DNA of 61,836 nt, filler included, from 4 parts of 4 records of this genome joined end to end with filler, not necessarily neighbours in it; one strand, 5' to 3'; counted from the whole stretch's first letter, positions 1 to 9,145 are shown. Made by a program: numbers and translations. Notes: generated from the letters alone by a model not told the origin.

Positions 1-56
1 AGAGCGCTGCCTTGACATGGCAGAGGTCGGTAGTTCGAGTCTACTCGGACGCACCA
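1..56 (+). tRNA. tRNA-Val(GAC), 5'-truncated by window edge
   Basis: Anticodon arm CTGCC-TT-GAC-AT-GGCAG (7-23), T-loop GTTCGAG, encoded CCA at 54-56. Confidence 0.93.
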
Positions 57-271
57 TTCTAAGTGCCCGGTTTACCCCATAGAAAAATACCTTTACTCGG
101 TTAATTGAAGTATCCCTCAAGTTTTATTCATTTACTTTGACTTTAATGGAAACACAACGGTTAAAGCCTGAACGGGTTCTGTCTGTGGTTTTCTTAATGG
201 AAATGAAGCATTGTTTGTATCGAAGTTTAACTAGCGCGGGCTTTAAGAAAGTAAAGGAAGTTTTTAGGGTA

Positions 272-302
272 AATTGCCGCCCGTCTAAAATGACAGGCGG
301 CA
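272..302 (-). terminator. Probable intrinsic terminator of the 319-876 OMP gene
   Basis: Minus strand TGCCGCCTGTC-ATTTTA-GACGGGCGGCA, then a short ATTT, just after the stop codon. Confidence 0.6.
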
Positions 303-318
303 GGCTTAACTGGATTGC

Positions 319-876
319 TTAGAAGTGCCAAGCAGCGCCAATAGAGTAGCCATCAAACCAGTCACTATCAAAACCATCAACATAAGTTGCACTTAAGCTG
401 AATTGGTTGTTGATGTACCAACGAGCAGACAATTCATATTCTTGCTCAGAGTCTACGAAAATATCGTTATCAACGTGACGTACCAGACCTGAGAACTCAA
501 CGGCAGGGTTTAAACGATAAACACCACCAACCTGCACTGCATAACCAGTATCATCGTCGATACCGTCAATATCTGCATAATAAAGATTAACATCAGCGAA
601 GCCAGCGAATTTTTCGCTGAAGTCATGCTTGTAACCGATACCAGCGAAGATTTGGTCAAAATCCGCATCGCCTTCGCTAAGCTGAGAGTAATCTGCAGTG
701 AAATAAATAGATTCACTCAGCATTACACGACCATCAAGGCCAAAACCATCAACATCATCACCGAAGTCGATAAAACGAGCTTCTACGCGATCAAAGTCAG
801 AACCCTGGTCTGCTGCTAAAGTTGCACCACTGAATAACGCGGCGCCGATAAGTGTAGCTAATACTGCTTTTTTCAT
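319..876 (-). CDS. Small acidic outer-membrane beta-barrel protein (Ax21/OMP_b-brl-like)
   Basis: Signal peptide, alternating aromatic/hydrophobic strands, C-terminal W-H-F. Confidence 0.8.
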   Translation of the reverse strand: MKKAVLATLIGAALFSGATLAADQGSDFDRVEARFIDFGDDVDGFGLDGRVMLSESIYFTADYSQLSEGDADFDQIFAGIGYKHDFSEKFAGFADVNLYYADIDGIDDDTGYAVQVGGVYRLNPAVEFSGLVRHVDNDIFVDSEQEYELSARWYINNQFSLSATYVDGFDSDWFDGYSIGAAWHF

Positions 877-1043
877 TCTTTAATACTCCGTTATGTCGTG
901 CGTGTCCCGCACTTACTACTTCCAAGCTGCCAGGCAGCACTGCTTCATTCAGCGAAGCAATGTGGGTAATAATAACGAAATAAACTTATACTTTTTGTTG
1001 TTTTTTGGTTGATTATCATATGATTATCGACATTTTTTACGAC

Positions 1044-1087
1044 AAAAAGCAAAGAGAGTATGAAGGTAGATATACCTGCATACTCTC
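1044..1087 (-). terminator. Terminator closing the catabolic operon
   Basis: GAGAGTATG/CATACTCTC outer stem plus AGGTA/TACCT inner stem; T-rich tail on minus strand, 10 nt past the cyclase stop. Confidence 0.7.
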
Positions 1088-1097
1088 GAGTGAAAAG

Positions 1098-2132
1098 CTA
1101 CTTAATAACGATAGGATTAATAGGAGAACCCGAGCCTCGCTCCATCTTTAGAGGCGCAGCAGTAAACATAAAGGTGTATTGACCATCTTCACGGCTATCT
1201 GCCGCCAAATCGTCCAGCCAGTAAAGCTCACTCAACACCACACCTAAGTCCCGAATGAGCGCACCATGTAGCGGGATCACATAATCTTTACCTTCAATCT
1301 TTTGCGGTACAAGTTCAACTGCCAGATTATCAGCCGCAATCACGGGTATCTCCATGTTATCAATCCATTTAATCAGGTCTTTGCTATAACACAAGCCGGG
1401 CTCTGTTGTTGCGCTCCACTCAGCATCTGGTTCCTCTTGATAAAAACGTCCTACAGATCCTGTTCTGATTAACAAAATATCGCGTTTTTCAACAGTTACA
1501 TCCTGCGCTTTTGCGGTGTCCTTGAGGTCTTGTAAAGTAATACATGAACCCGGTGCCAACCGTCCTATGTCACCACCTTTCAAATGCCCGACATCCAGCA
1601 GTACGCCGCGGCCAACAATACCGTGTTCAGCTAAGACACCAACATCAACATGATCATGCCCATGCACTGTGCTATCAGCCGATACCCCGCCATATACTTT
1701 ATCGCCATACCATGCGTGGCCTAGAGCATCCATGTGTGTCGTGCCCTGCAAGTACATGAAAACGGCATCGTCTGAGTACTTAACACCACCGGCCAGTTCA
1801 TCCAGCTTATTTACGCTGTACATACTCTCGTCCTGCGTCATGAAGTGCATTGCCGGAACGCGTCCCGGGAATACTGGCCCTACTCCATGGGTAATCGGCA
1901 GTTGAAGCGTAAAAGTTTCACCTGAACGAACGGCTTTTATACCACGTAAGGCCTGTTTTTCATCAAGGTAGTTAAGGGCGCCAAGTTGATCGTCATCGCC
2001 CCATTTCCCCCAGTTTTTGGGCATATCTTTTTGAAGGTTTTCAATATCGCTGGTCTGAGCCAACGAAACTCCGGAGGCACTCATAAGTGCGGTAGCTAAA
2101 GCCATTGATAGTACTGATTTTATTGTTTTCAT
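1098..2132 (-). CDS. Secreted cyclase-family (KynB/isatin hydrolase-like) metal-dependent hydrolase
   Basis: Sec signal ending SLA-Q; NWGKWGDDDQLGALN; variant metal motif QGTTHMDALGH; DILLIRTG; ADNLAVE; GSGSPINPI. Confidence 0.85.
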   Translation of the reverse strand: MKTIKSVLSMALATALMSASGVSLAQTSDIENLQKDMPKNWGKWGDDDQLGALNYLDEKQALRGIKAVRSGETFTLQLPITHGVGPVFPGRVPAMHFMTQDESMYSVNKLDELAGGVKYSDDAVFMYLQGTTHMDALGHAWYGDKVYGGVSADSTVHGHDHVDVGVLAEHGIVGRGVLLDVGHLKGGDIGRLAPGSCITLQDLKDTAKAQDVTVEKRDILLIRTGSVGRFYQEEPDAEWSATTEPGLCYSKDLIKWIDNMEIPVIAADNLAVELVPQKIEGKDYVIPLHGALIRDLGVVLSELYWLDDLAADSREDGQYTFMFTAAPLKMERGSGSPINPIVIK

Positions 2133-2165
2133 TGTTCTTCCTTTTTTGTTGTTCTAACGCTTATA

Positions 2166-3614
2166 TTAATAACTAAGTTTGATGTACTTAGTTTCTAAAT
2201 ATTCTTCAATTCCATGGCGCCCGCCCTCACGGCCAATCCCCGACGACTTAACGCCACCAAAAGGCACTGCCGCGTCAGATATAACGCCGCTATTAACACC
2301 AATCATTCCAACTTCAAGAGCTCTCGAAAGACGGTTAACCTGTCCTAAGTTCTGGCTGTAAAAATAAGCAGCTAATCCGGTTTGTTGCTGTCTGAGTTCT
2401 TCTAATAAAGCTGTCTCATCGTCGTATCGAACAATAGGTGCAACAGGTCCGAAAATTTCTTCATTCACACAACGCATAGAGCTATCGGCGTTAAGTAACA
2501 CGGTCGGGTAATACCAACGCTCTGAGTTTACCCAACGCTCTCCGCCACAGGCGATTACAGCACCTTTTCTCACAGCATCTGCGACTATCTGCTCTACTTT
2601 TTCGAGCGCATTTTCGTTAATCAATGGCCCGATATCGACGGACTCATTTTTGCCGTTACCCAACATAAGTTGATTTACTCGGGCGATAAGTTTCGCAGTA
2701 AACTCATCGTAAACATTGGCATGAACGTAAAAGGCATTAGCACATACGCAGGTTTGCCCCGCATTACGAAATTTTGATTGGATAGCTCCTTGCACAGCAC
2801 GGTCGACATCCGCTGTTTCACACACAATAAAAGGCGCATTTCCTCCCAGTTCAAGTGAAAGCCGTTTAACCGTTGAAGCTGAGGAAGCCATGAGTAAACG
2901 CCCGACTCGAGTTGAGCCGGTAAAACTTAATTTTCTGACTACAGGACTTTCACTGAATATTTTGCCAATAACCTCCCCGTCGCCGGTTACAATGCTTAAA
3001 ACGCCTTCGGGAATTCCCGCCTGTATTGCCAACTCCGCAATAGCAATAGCTGTCAGTGGGGTTTCAAGAGCAGGTTTCACCAGCATTGTGCAACCAGCCG
3101 CCAGTGCCGGCGCAACCTTTCTAGTGATCATCGCCGCAGGAAAATTCCAGGGCGTTATCGCAGCACAAACGCCTACTGGCTCGGTAATAACCATCATCGA
3201 TTCATCGGTTGATGAATACGGCAGAATGCTCCCCTGGTCTTGCAGGCCTGGCTGCGCATACCATTGAATGTAACTTGCCGCGTAACGTATCTCGCCTCGC
3301 GACTCAGATAATGGTTTACCCTGCTCACTGGTCAAAATGCCAGCCAGCTCCTCTTCCTTTTCAAGCATGAGCTCATACCAGCGGAAAAGCTTCTCGCATC
3401 GCTCTCTGAGAGAAACATCTCTCCACTTATAAAAGGCCGTTTCCGCAAACTCTATAGCGCGGCTTATTTGCCTCGGTGTTAAATCGGGTACGTGACCTAT
3501 CACATTTCCAGTTGCAGGATCATCAACAGCTATTGAGCTGTTTATTGACGTGCCAACCCCGCAGATTTGTTCTAACTCAACATTATCAGGCTGTAAAACT
3601 TGTTCATTATCCAT
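2166..3614 (-). CDS. gabD: NAD(P)-dependent succinate-semialdehyde dehydrogenase-like aldehyde dehydrogenase
   Basis: ITPWNFP, SFTGSTRVG, LELGGNAP, FRNAGQTCVC, EEIFGP, PFGGVKSSGIGREG. Confidence 0.85.
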   Translation of the reverse strand: MDNEQVLQPDNVELEQICGVGTSINSSIAVDDPATGNVIGHVPDLTPRQISRAIEFAETAFYKWRDVSLRERCEKLFRWYELMLEKEEELAGILTSEQGKPLSESRGEIRYAASYIQWYAQPGLQDQGSILPYSSTDESMMVITEPVGVCAAITPWNFPAAMITRKVAPALAAGCTMLVKPALETPLTAIAIAELAIQAGIPEGVLSIVTGDGEVIGKIFSESPVVRKLSFTGSTRVGRLLMASSASTVKRLSLELGGNAPFIVCETADVDRAVQGAIQSKFRNAGQTCVCANAFYVHANVYDEFTAKLIARVNQLMLGNGKNESVDIGPLINENALEKVEQIVADAVRKGAVIACGGERWVNSERWYYPTVLLNADSSMRCVNEEIFGPVAPIVRYDDETALLEELRQQQTGLAAYFYSQNLGQVNRLSRALEVGMIGVNSGVISDAAVPFGGVKSSGIGREGGRHGIEEYLETKYIKLSY

Positions 3615-4983
3615 CGTTCGGTAAGTCCCTTTTTTGCTCTATGCGCCAGCGTTTTTGCTTCTTAACTAAGGTCGACTGGTCAACTCCCAAAGCGCTGGCT
3701 GCTGCCCGGGTCGTACCATGTATCAATAACGCCTCTTCAATTACTTTCTTCTCAAGCATCTCTACCTGCTCTTTTAGTGAGCATCCCTCGCGCCCTAACG
3801 GCCTGTCTGTCGCTATTTCTATAGGCAACTGAGCCGTCGTGATCAGCGACTGCTCAGAAGTCACCATTAATCTTTCTGTCAGGTTAATCAGCTCGCGAAT
3901 ATTACCCGGCCATTGGTATTGTTTAAGACGAGCAATCACATCCGCATGCCAACGACAGTCCAGCTCATAGTTTTCATTGAAATGGTTGAGATAATGTTCA
4001 AGCAGTACGGGGATTTCTTCGATCCTTTCTCGCAAGGGAGGCAGTTCAATCGGTACCACACTCAATCGGTATAGCAAGTCTTCGCGAAAATGACTTTCGG
4101 CAACAAGTTTCTTTAAGTCATGATGTGTTGCAGAAATTAACCGAAAGTTCGTTTGCTTAAACGATGTCGCGCCAACTGGTAAAAACCGCTTCTCATCAAT
4201 AACTTTAAGTAATTTGGCTTGAAGAGTTAGTGGCAAATCACCAATTTCATCAAGAAACAAAGTGCCATTATTAGCCGCCTCAAGTAACCCAGTCTTGCCT
4301 TTCTCGGAAGCTCCGGTGAACGCCCCGGAAGCGTAACCAAATAACTCAGACTCAAGCAGAGACTCTGGCATCGCGGCACAATTTAATTCAATAAAAGGCC
4401 CATTAGCGACAGTGCTGTAACTATGAATAGTCCGTGCAAGCAGTGTTTTTCCGGTACCCGTTTCTCCCTGTAGCAATACTTTCGCAGAGGAACTTGCCAC
4501 TCGTTTCGCGAGATCATAGCAAGCTCTCATTTGCCGACTAATGACAAAAGGCTCTTTATGACCATCGGTTGAAACGGAAGCGCCATATTGCTCTCGTAAG
4601 CTCAGTAACTGTTCCAGTTTTTCCTGTGCTCTTTTGGCTTTTAACAGCTCAGTGACATCCCGAACCGTGGTAACGATGTATTCAATGCTACCGTCCGAGT
4701 CGAACATCGGCGTACCAGAAACTAAAATTTGATGCTCTTTACTTACGTCCTGCGTCAAAGTAACAGGTCTTCTCTCTTTCAAAACCTCCAAAGATACCGA
4801 GCGCGAAATATAGCCACGCTTTACAACTTCGGACATATGTAACCCCCGAAGCTTTTCCTTCGGAATACCGGTAATACGCTCATAGGCCGTATTGACCGTT
4901 ATCGTAATGCCGTTACCATCGGTGATATAAACGCCGTCGCTCATCGCATCTAATACACGTTGTAACCTATCGCTACCGAACAT
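3607..4983 (-). CDS. Sigma54 enhancer-binding activator (PAS-AAA+-HTH)
   Basis: N-terminal PAS, GETGTGKT, ESELFG, GAFTGA, FLDEIG, WPGNIREL, C-terminal HTH. Confidence 0.93.
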   Translation of the reverse strand: MFGSDRLQRVLDAMSDGVYITDGNGITITVNTAYERITGIPKEKLRGLHMSEVVKRGYISRSVSLEVLKERRPVTLTQDVSKEHQILVSGTPMFDSDGSIEYIVTTVRDVTELLKAKRAQEKLEQLLSLREQYGASVSTDGHKEPFVISRQMRACYDLAKRVASSSAKVLLQGETGTGKTLLARTIHSYSTVANGPFIELNCAAMPESLLESELFGYASGAFTGASEKGKTGLLEAANNGTLFLDEIGDLPLTLQAKLLKVIDEKRFLPVGATSFKQTNFRLISATHHDLKKLVAESHFREDLLYRLSVVPIELPPLRERIEEIPVLLEHYLNHFNENYELDCRWHADVIARLKQYQWPGNIRELINLTERLMVTSEQSLITTAQLPIEIATDRPLGREGCSLKEQVEMLEKKVIEEALLIHGTTRAAASALGVDQSTLVKKQKRWRIEQKRDLPNDG

Positions 4984-6334
4984 CCGTCAGCTCCTTTTTA
5001 GGTGCGCGCAAACGCCAGCCATATAGCAAAAAACATAACAGCAGCCCTGCAGCGAAAGCCCAGGTTGCTCCTTTAACTACAAGAATTGCCCCGATAATTC
5101 CAGCTATGCCCAGGTCGCGTTCCGTTTTTGCTTCCTGAATGCCAATACGAACGCTGACGTAGCCTTGTATAAGCAAAGTCAGAGCTAAAGCAATTCCCAG
5201 AATCGGTTGAACTAAGCTAACCACCGGCAGAAGTAAAAGGCCGGTATTGGTTCCCCAGCGAAAAGAACCCGCGCCTCCAAAAATGGAGTCCATCGCTTTC
5301 CGGCCTTTCTTAAAGCGCTCAACAATTACCACATGCATTGCCGCCCATAACGGTCCGCACATCGCAACATCAGGGCCAATAATACTCATACCAAAGTTGC
5401 GGGCACCAAAAATGAGATGCGCGCGGTCGGCGTTGTAATCAATTTTTTCGTCCTGACGCATCTCATCTGCTTCCGCCAGAATAGCTTTGCTCTGCAACAC
5501 ATCGCCGAACAGCACAATATAAGCTGCCAGCACCGTTGGTATGGCAGTTAAAAACATACTAAGAGGCGGTAGCCCGACACCAAAAACGGTGTAATGCGCG
5601 AATAAGGTTGCAAAGTCAGGTGATGTTATACCCCATTCGATATCTGGCCATGGAGCTTCTGAAGCTAGTGGTGCAATTACAATAGCCAACGCGATAATGG
5701 GAAAAATGCCGAGTTTACCCAGTACACGAAGAACCCAGTGTTTATTCTGAACCGTCGTGAAATGACGTGAAAAAATAAGATAAAAAGCAATGCCAACCGC
5801 AATTGAGATAGTAAACGGATAGGATTCGAAACGGCCTCCCTCCTCAAATACTACCGCTACCGCAGCTAATCCGGAGCCCATGATGATTCCAGCTTTTATA
5901 GCACTGGGAATAAGTTGTACAACCCGTTTTGCAACACCGGATGCTCCCAGCCCAATAGCAAAAAGTCCCAGCATCATCTGAAACGCTATCAAAGCATGCA
6001 CTCTCGCTTCCCCCTCCGGAAAGGTTGAGACGTACATCATCAATAAAGGAATAGCGGGCGTTATCCATCCTGGAACAACAGGGTCGCCCAATAAATGGTG
6101 CAGCAGATAAAACGCGCCGTTAATCAGAACAACCGCTAATGCCGCTTCAAATGGCATTCCCAATAATTCGGTCATTAATGATATTGCCGCCAAATCGACG
6201 GCGCACATTAATAACCCCTGCAGATAGTCTGGCCACTCAAAGCGATAATGCAGAAATGGCAATCTGACCTTGAATGGTCCCATAGGCCAGAAAGGTGCTT
6301 CCGCCCCGTCTTTTCGTTGTTTCCATAACGACAT
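4973..6334 (-). CDS. Multi-pass inner-membrane permease of unknown substrate (possibly NCS2/SLC23-like)
   Basis: 453 aa with many hydrophobic helices, inside a catabolic operon; family call tentative. Confidence 0.65.
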   Translation of the reverse strand: MSLWKQRKDGAEAPFWPMGPFKVRLPFLHYRFEWPDYLQGLLMCAVDLAAISLMTELLGMPFEAALAVVLINGAFYLLHHLLGDPVVPGWITPAIPLLMMYVSTFPEGEARVHALIAFQMMLGLFAIGLGASGVAKRVVQLIPSAIKAGIIMGSGLAAVAVVFEEGGRFESYPFTISIAVGIAFYLIFSRHFTTVQNKHWVLRVLGKLGIFPIIALAIVIAPLASEAPWPDIEWGITSPDFATLFAHYTVFGVGLPPLSMFLTAIPTVLAAYIVLFGDVLQSKAILAEADEMRQDEKIDYNADRAHLIFGARNFGMSIIGPDVAMCGPLWAAMHVVIVERFKKGRKAMDSIFGGAGSFRWGTNTGLLLLPVVSLVQPILGIALALTLLIQGYVSVRIGIQEAKTERDLGIAGIIGAILVVKGATWAFAAGLLLCFLLYGWRLRAPKKELTDVR

Positions 6335-6345
6335 AATGAGTCCTT

Positions 6346-7509
6346 TTAATAAGCGGCCTGATAAATGGCTTCGATATCATCGACGCTAAGTTCACGAGGG
6401 TTATTTCGCAGTAAACGAGTCACGCCACTCGCCGCTTCGGCCAGTGAACGCAGATCACTGCGTTCAATACCAAACTCTCTTAATCCGCCGGGAATTTCGA
6501 CAGCCCGGCAGAGGGATTCAAGTTTATCAATAACGAAGTCTCCTGCGTCGGCTTCGCTAATCGTTGCCTCAGCCCCCATTGCCAGCGCGATATTGAGAAA
6601 ATCATTTGGGCAGGATGATAGATTCCAGCGCATGACGTGAGTGAACATCAGTGCATTACTAACCCCATGCGACAAGTGATAACGCCCGCCCAGGGGATAA
6701 GCCAAGGCATGGACTGCACCAACTCCTGCATTTCCGAATGCCAACCCAGCCATTAAGCTACCGGTAGCCATACGCTCTCTCGCGTCGAGATCATCAGGAC
6801 GTCGATAAGCATCGGGCAAGGCGTTGACAATCATTTTTATGGCGCCTACTGATAACGCCCGGGTGATATCTGAAGCAAAATTAGAAATATAACTTTCTAC
6901 GGCGTGCACCAATGCATCAATGCCACTTGCTGCCGTTACAGATGGCGGGCAACTCTGCGTCAATTCCGGTGCAACAATCGCCACATCCGGCAGCAGTTCA
7001 TCGCTGACAATCCCCTTTTTCAGTTGTGCCTCTACGTCTGACAGGATGGATATGTTAGTGACTTCGGAGCCTGTTCCTGCGGTGGTCGGTAAACAAATTA
7101 AAGGTACGGTTCGCCGCGCACAGTTGTTCTCGCCAAACAGTTCGTTCAAAGCTCTCTTCTCACTTTGATATACCGCAACGGCTTTTGCGGTATCCATTGC
7201 ACTGCCGCCACCAATTCCAATAATCCCATCACAGCTTTCATTAATGAAAACGTCACGGCACGACTCAACGACATGGGTTTCTGGCTCCGCTGATATCTCA
7301 GAGTAAATAACAATACCCGTAATGCCCTGACTTTTAAGTTCGGTAACAATAGGTTGAATTAGCCCGGCATCAAGTACGCCTTTATCCGTTACAATTAAGG
7401 GATGCCTCAAGTTAAGCCTGCACATCTCTGAAAATAGCTGGTTACTTGCTCCTGAGCCGGTAAGCAATCGCCCCGCCGTTTTAAAAACCTGTACGCTATT
7501 AGCTGTCAT
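6346..7509 (-). CDS. Iron-containing alcohol dehydrogenase (hydroxy-acid/4-hydroxybutyrate dehydrogenase-like)
   Basis: GGGSAMDTAK, PTTAGTGSEVT, DALVHAVE, GAVHALAYPLG, HGVSNA. Confidence 0.9.
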   Translation of the reverse strand: MTANSVQVFKTAGRLLTGSGASNQLFSEMCRLNLRHPLIVTDKGVLDAGLIQPIVTELKSQGITGIVIYSEISAEPETHVVESCRDVFINESCDGIIGIGGGSAMDTAKAVAVYQSEKRALNELFGENNCARRTVPLICLPTTAGTGSEVTNISILSDVEAQLKKGIVSDELLPDVAIVAPELTQSCPPSVTAASGIDALVHAVESYISNFASDITRALSVGAIKMIVNALPDAYRRPDDLDARERMATGSLMAGLAFGNAGVGAVHALAYPLGGRYHLSHGVSNALMFTHVMRWNLSSCPNDFLNIALAMGAEATISEADAGDFVIDKLESLCRAVEIPGGLREFGIERSDLRSLAEAASGVTRLLRNNPRELSVDDIEAIYQAAY

Positions 7510-7552
7510 AGATTTCCTTCATCTATACCTTCAAGTTATGTCAATAAACTGT

Positions 7553-7568
7553 AGCAAAACCCGTACCA
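7553..7568 (-). promoter_or_regulatory. Sigma54 -24/-12 promoter of the ADH operon
   Basis: Minus strand TGGTAC-GGGTT-TTGCT vs consensus TGGCAC-N5-TTGCW. Confidence 0.85.
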
Positions 7569-7637
7569 CTCACAACAAAATTATATAACCCTTTGTTTTT
7601 AAATTACTTTACGTGATTTCACCTGCTGAAATTAAAA

Positions 7638-7694
7638 TATTTTGATGAATTAAATCATCAAAATACCCAGATTTGATGAGATATTTCATCAAAT
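7638..7694. promoter_or_regulatory. Tandem palindromic enhancer (UAS) sites TTTGATGA-N6-TCATCAAA
   Basis: TATTTTGATGA-ATTAAA-TCATCAAAATA (7638-7665) and ATTTGATGA-GATATT-TCATCAAAT (7671-7694), centres 31 bp apart. Confidence 0.8.
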
Positions 7695-7755
7695 AATTAA
7701 ATGTAAATACATTAAAAAATCATAAAAAACATAGAGTTATCTAAAGCCATCTGTT

Positions 7756-7771
7756 TGGCACAAGCATTGCT
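7756..7771 (+). promoter_or_regulatory. Sigma54 -24/-12 promoter of the porin gene
   Basis: TGGCAC-AAGCA-TTGCT, exact consensus. Confidence 0.9.
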
Positions 7772-7821
7772 ACTCAAACCGCTGACATTAGTCACATAAT
7801 AAAAAACCAGGGATTATAAAA

Positions 7822-8982
7822 ATGAATAACAAATACACTATTTACCGGTCGCTAGGTATTGCAGGAATGTTAATCAGTGGAAGCTCAGCAGCGCAGACAG
7901 CTCCGGACTGGGATTTCAATTTTAACGGCTACATCAATGCGCATGCGGTATACGCGAGCTGTGATGACTCTAATAATACCGTCGCAGGAAACGCCCTGCT
8001 CTGTATTGGTGAAGACGCTACGTCAGTATCAAATGGATACAGCCCGTCCAGCTTTCAATTCTCAGCAACAACTCAGACACATGATTTCGATATAAAAGCA
8101 TTTTTAGCAATTGAGCCAGGATCTACCGATAACAGTGCCTTTAACGGCAACGGAGATAATCGGGCTTACCGAGCGTATTTTACGGTAGGAAATGACGATG
8201 TCGGAACGTTAAAAGTCGGACGCGGATATGGAGTATTCGGCATTGATGTTGTTTTAGAGGATATGGCATTGAGTGGTGTCGGCGCGCCGGCCTCAATTCG
8301 CAGTCCATTAAATACCTCCTTGGGTGCTGCAGGCTATGGCTATATTTTTGCCGACCGGCTGTCTCAAATCACATACAGCCGGGCACTAGGCGAGAACTTC
8401 CACGCTGATATCGGTATTTTTCAACCTTTAGATTCGGTAAGTTTTGGCGGCAATGGCTATGTTGGCGACTCAGGTTCTGAGCGCCCGGGGCTTCATGGAC
8501 GGCTTCGCTATAACTACGACTACGGATTTGTTTCAACTACCTTCTATAATCAAAAGGTCAGTACCTCACTTGATGACTACGATGCAAAAGGAATCGATAT
8601 CACCGCCGCCATCCAGTTTGATGACACTCGTTTATCACTTTCCGCTTTTGATGCGTCAGGCCTGGGCTATTACGGGTTATTAATCGATGCAGCAGATGTC
8701 AACGGCAGTCCCCGCGATAGCTCAGGCTGGTTTACACAGCTAACCCATCAATTTGGTGCAACCAAAGTTGGGCTGAATTATGGCACGTCAAAAGTGGACT
8801 TAGCTGGCGTAGACAGCTTAGAGCAAGTCAAACAACAAACAAAAGTCAGCGCTGCCGTTTATCACACCTTATGGGAAATTTTTACGGTTTCGGCTGAAGT
8901 GTCGGCGCTAGAAGCAGAAAACCACATGAACCAAAGCATTAAAAACGAAGCTTTCAGTATCGGCTTTGCGCTGTCATTTTAA
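7822..8982 (+). CDS. Outer-membrane porin
   Basis: Signal peptide, beta-strand pattern, C-terminal Phe (ALSF). Confidence 0.8.
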   Translation: MNNKYTIYRSLGIAGMLISGSSAAQTAPDWDFNFNGYINAHAVYASCDDSNNTVAGNALLCIGEDATSVSNGYSPSSFQFSATTQTHDFDIKAFLAIEPGSTDNSAFNGNGDNRAYRAYFTVGNDDVGTLKVGRGYGVFGIDVVLEDMALSGVGAPASIRSPLNTSLGAAGYGYIFADRLSQITYSRALGENFHADIGIFQPLDSVSFGGNGYVGDSGSERPGLHGRLRYNYDYGFVSTTFYNQKVSTSLDDYDAKGIDITAAIQFDDTRLSLSAFDASGLGYYGLLIDAADVNGSPRDSSGWFTQLTHQFGATKVGLNYGTSKVDLAGVDSLEQVKQQTKVSAAVYHTLWEIFTVSAEVSALEAENHMNQSIKNEAFSIGFALSF

Positions 8983-9145
8983 TCATTAACATTATTCTCC
9001 AATAAACTGTCATTGCTCACACTTTCAGAGCAATGGCAGTCTAACCAGCAGTTCAATACCTGGCACCATTTGAAAATCTCCTTCCTGTCTTCTAAATTCA
9101 ATACTTTAGGTTCATTCAGCACTCCAACAGAAGTTGATCGAAGCA

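Noticed and set aside
137-322. 61-aa ORF after the tRNA
   Set aside because: TTG start, no recognisable motif, runs through the terminator of the opposite gene.
9061-9076. TGGCAC as a third sigma54 promoter
   Set aside because: No TTGC at the required spacing.
1-9100. tRNA-anchored genomic island carrying the catabolic cluster
   Set aside because: No integrase, and no convincing repeat of the tRNA 3' end (only a short GCACCATT near 9063).
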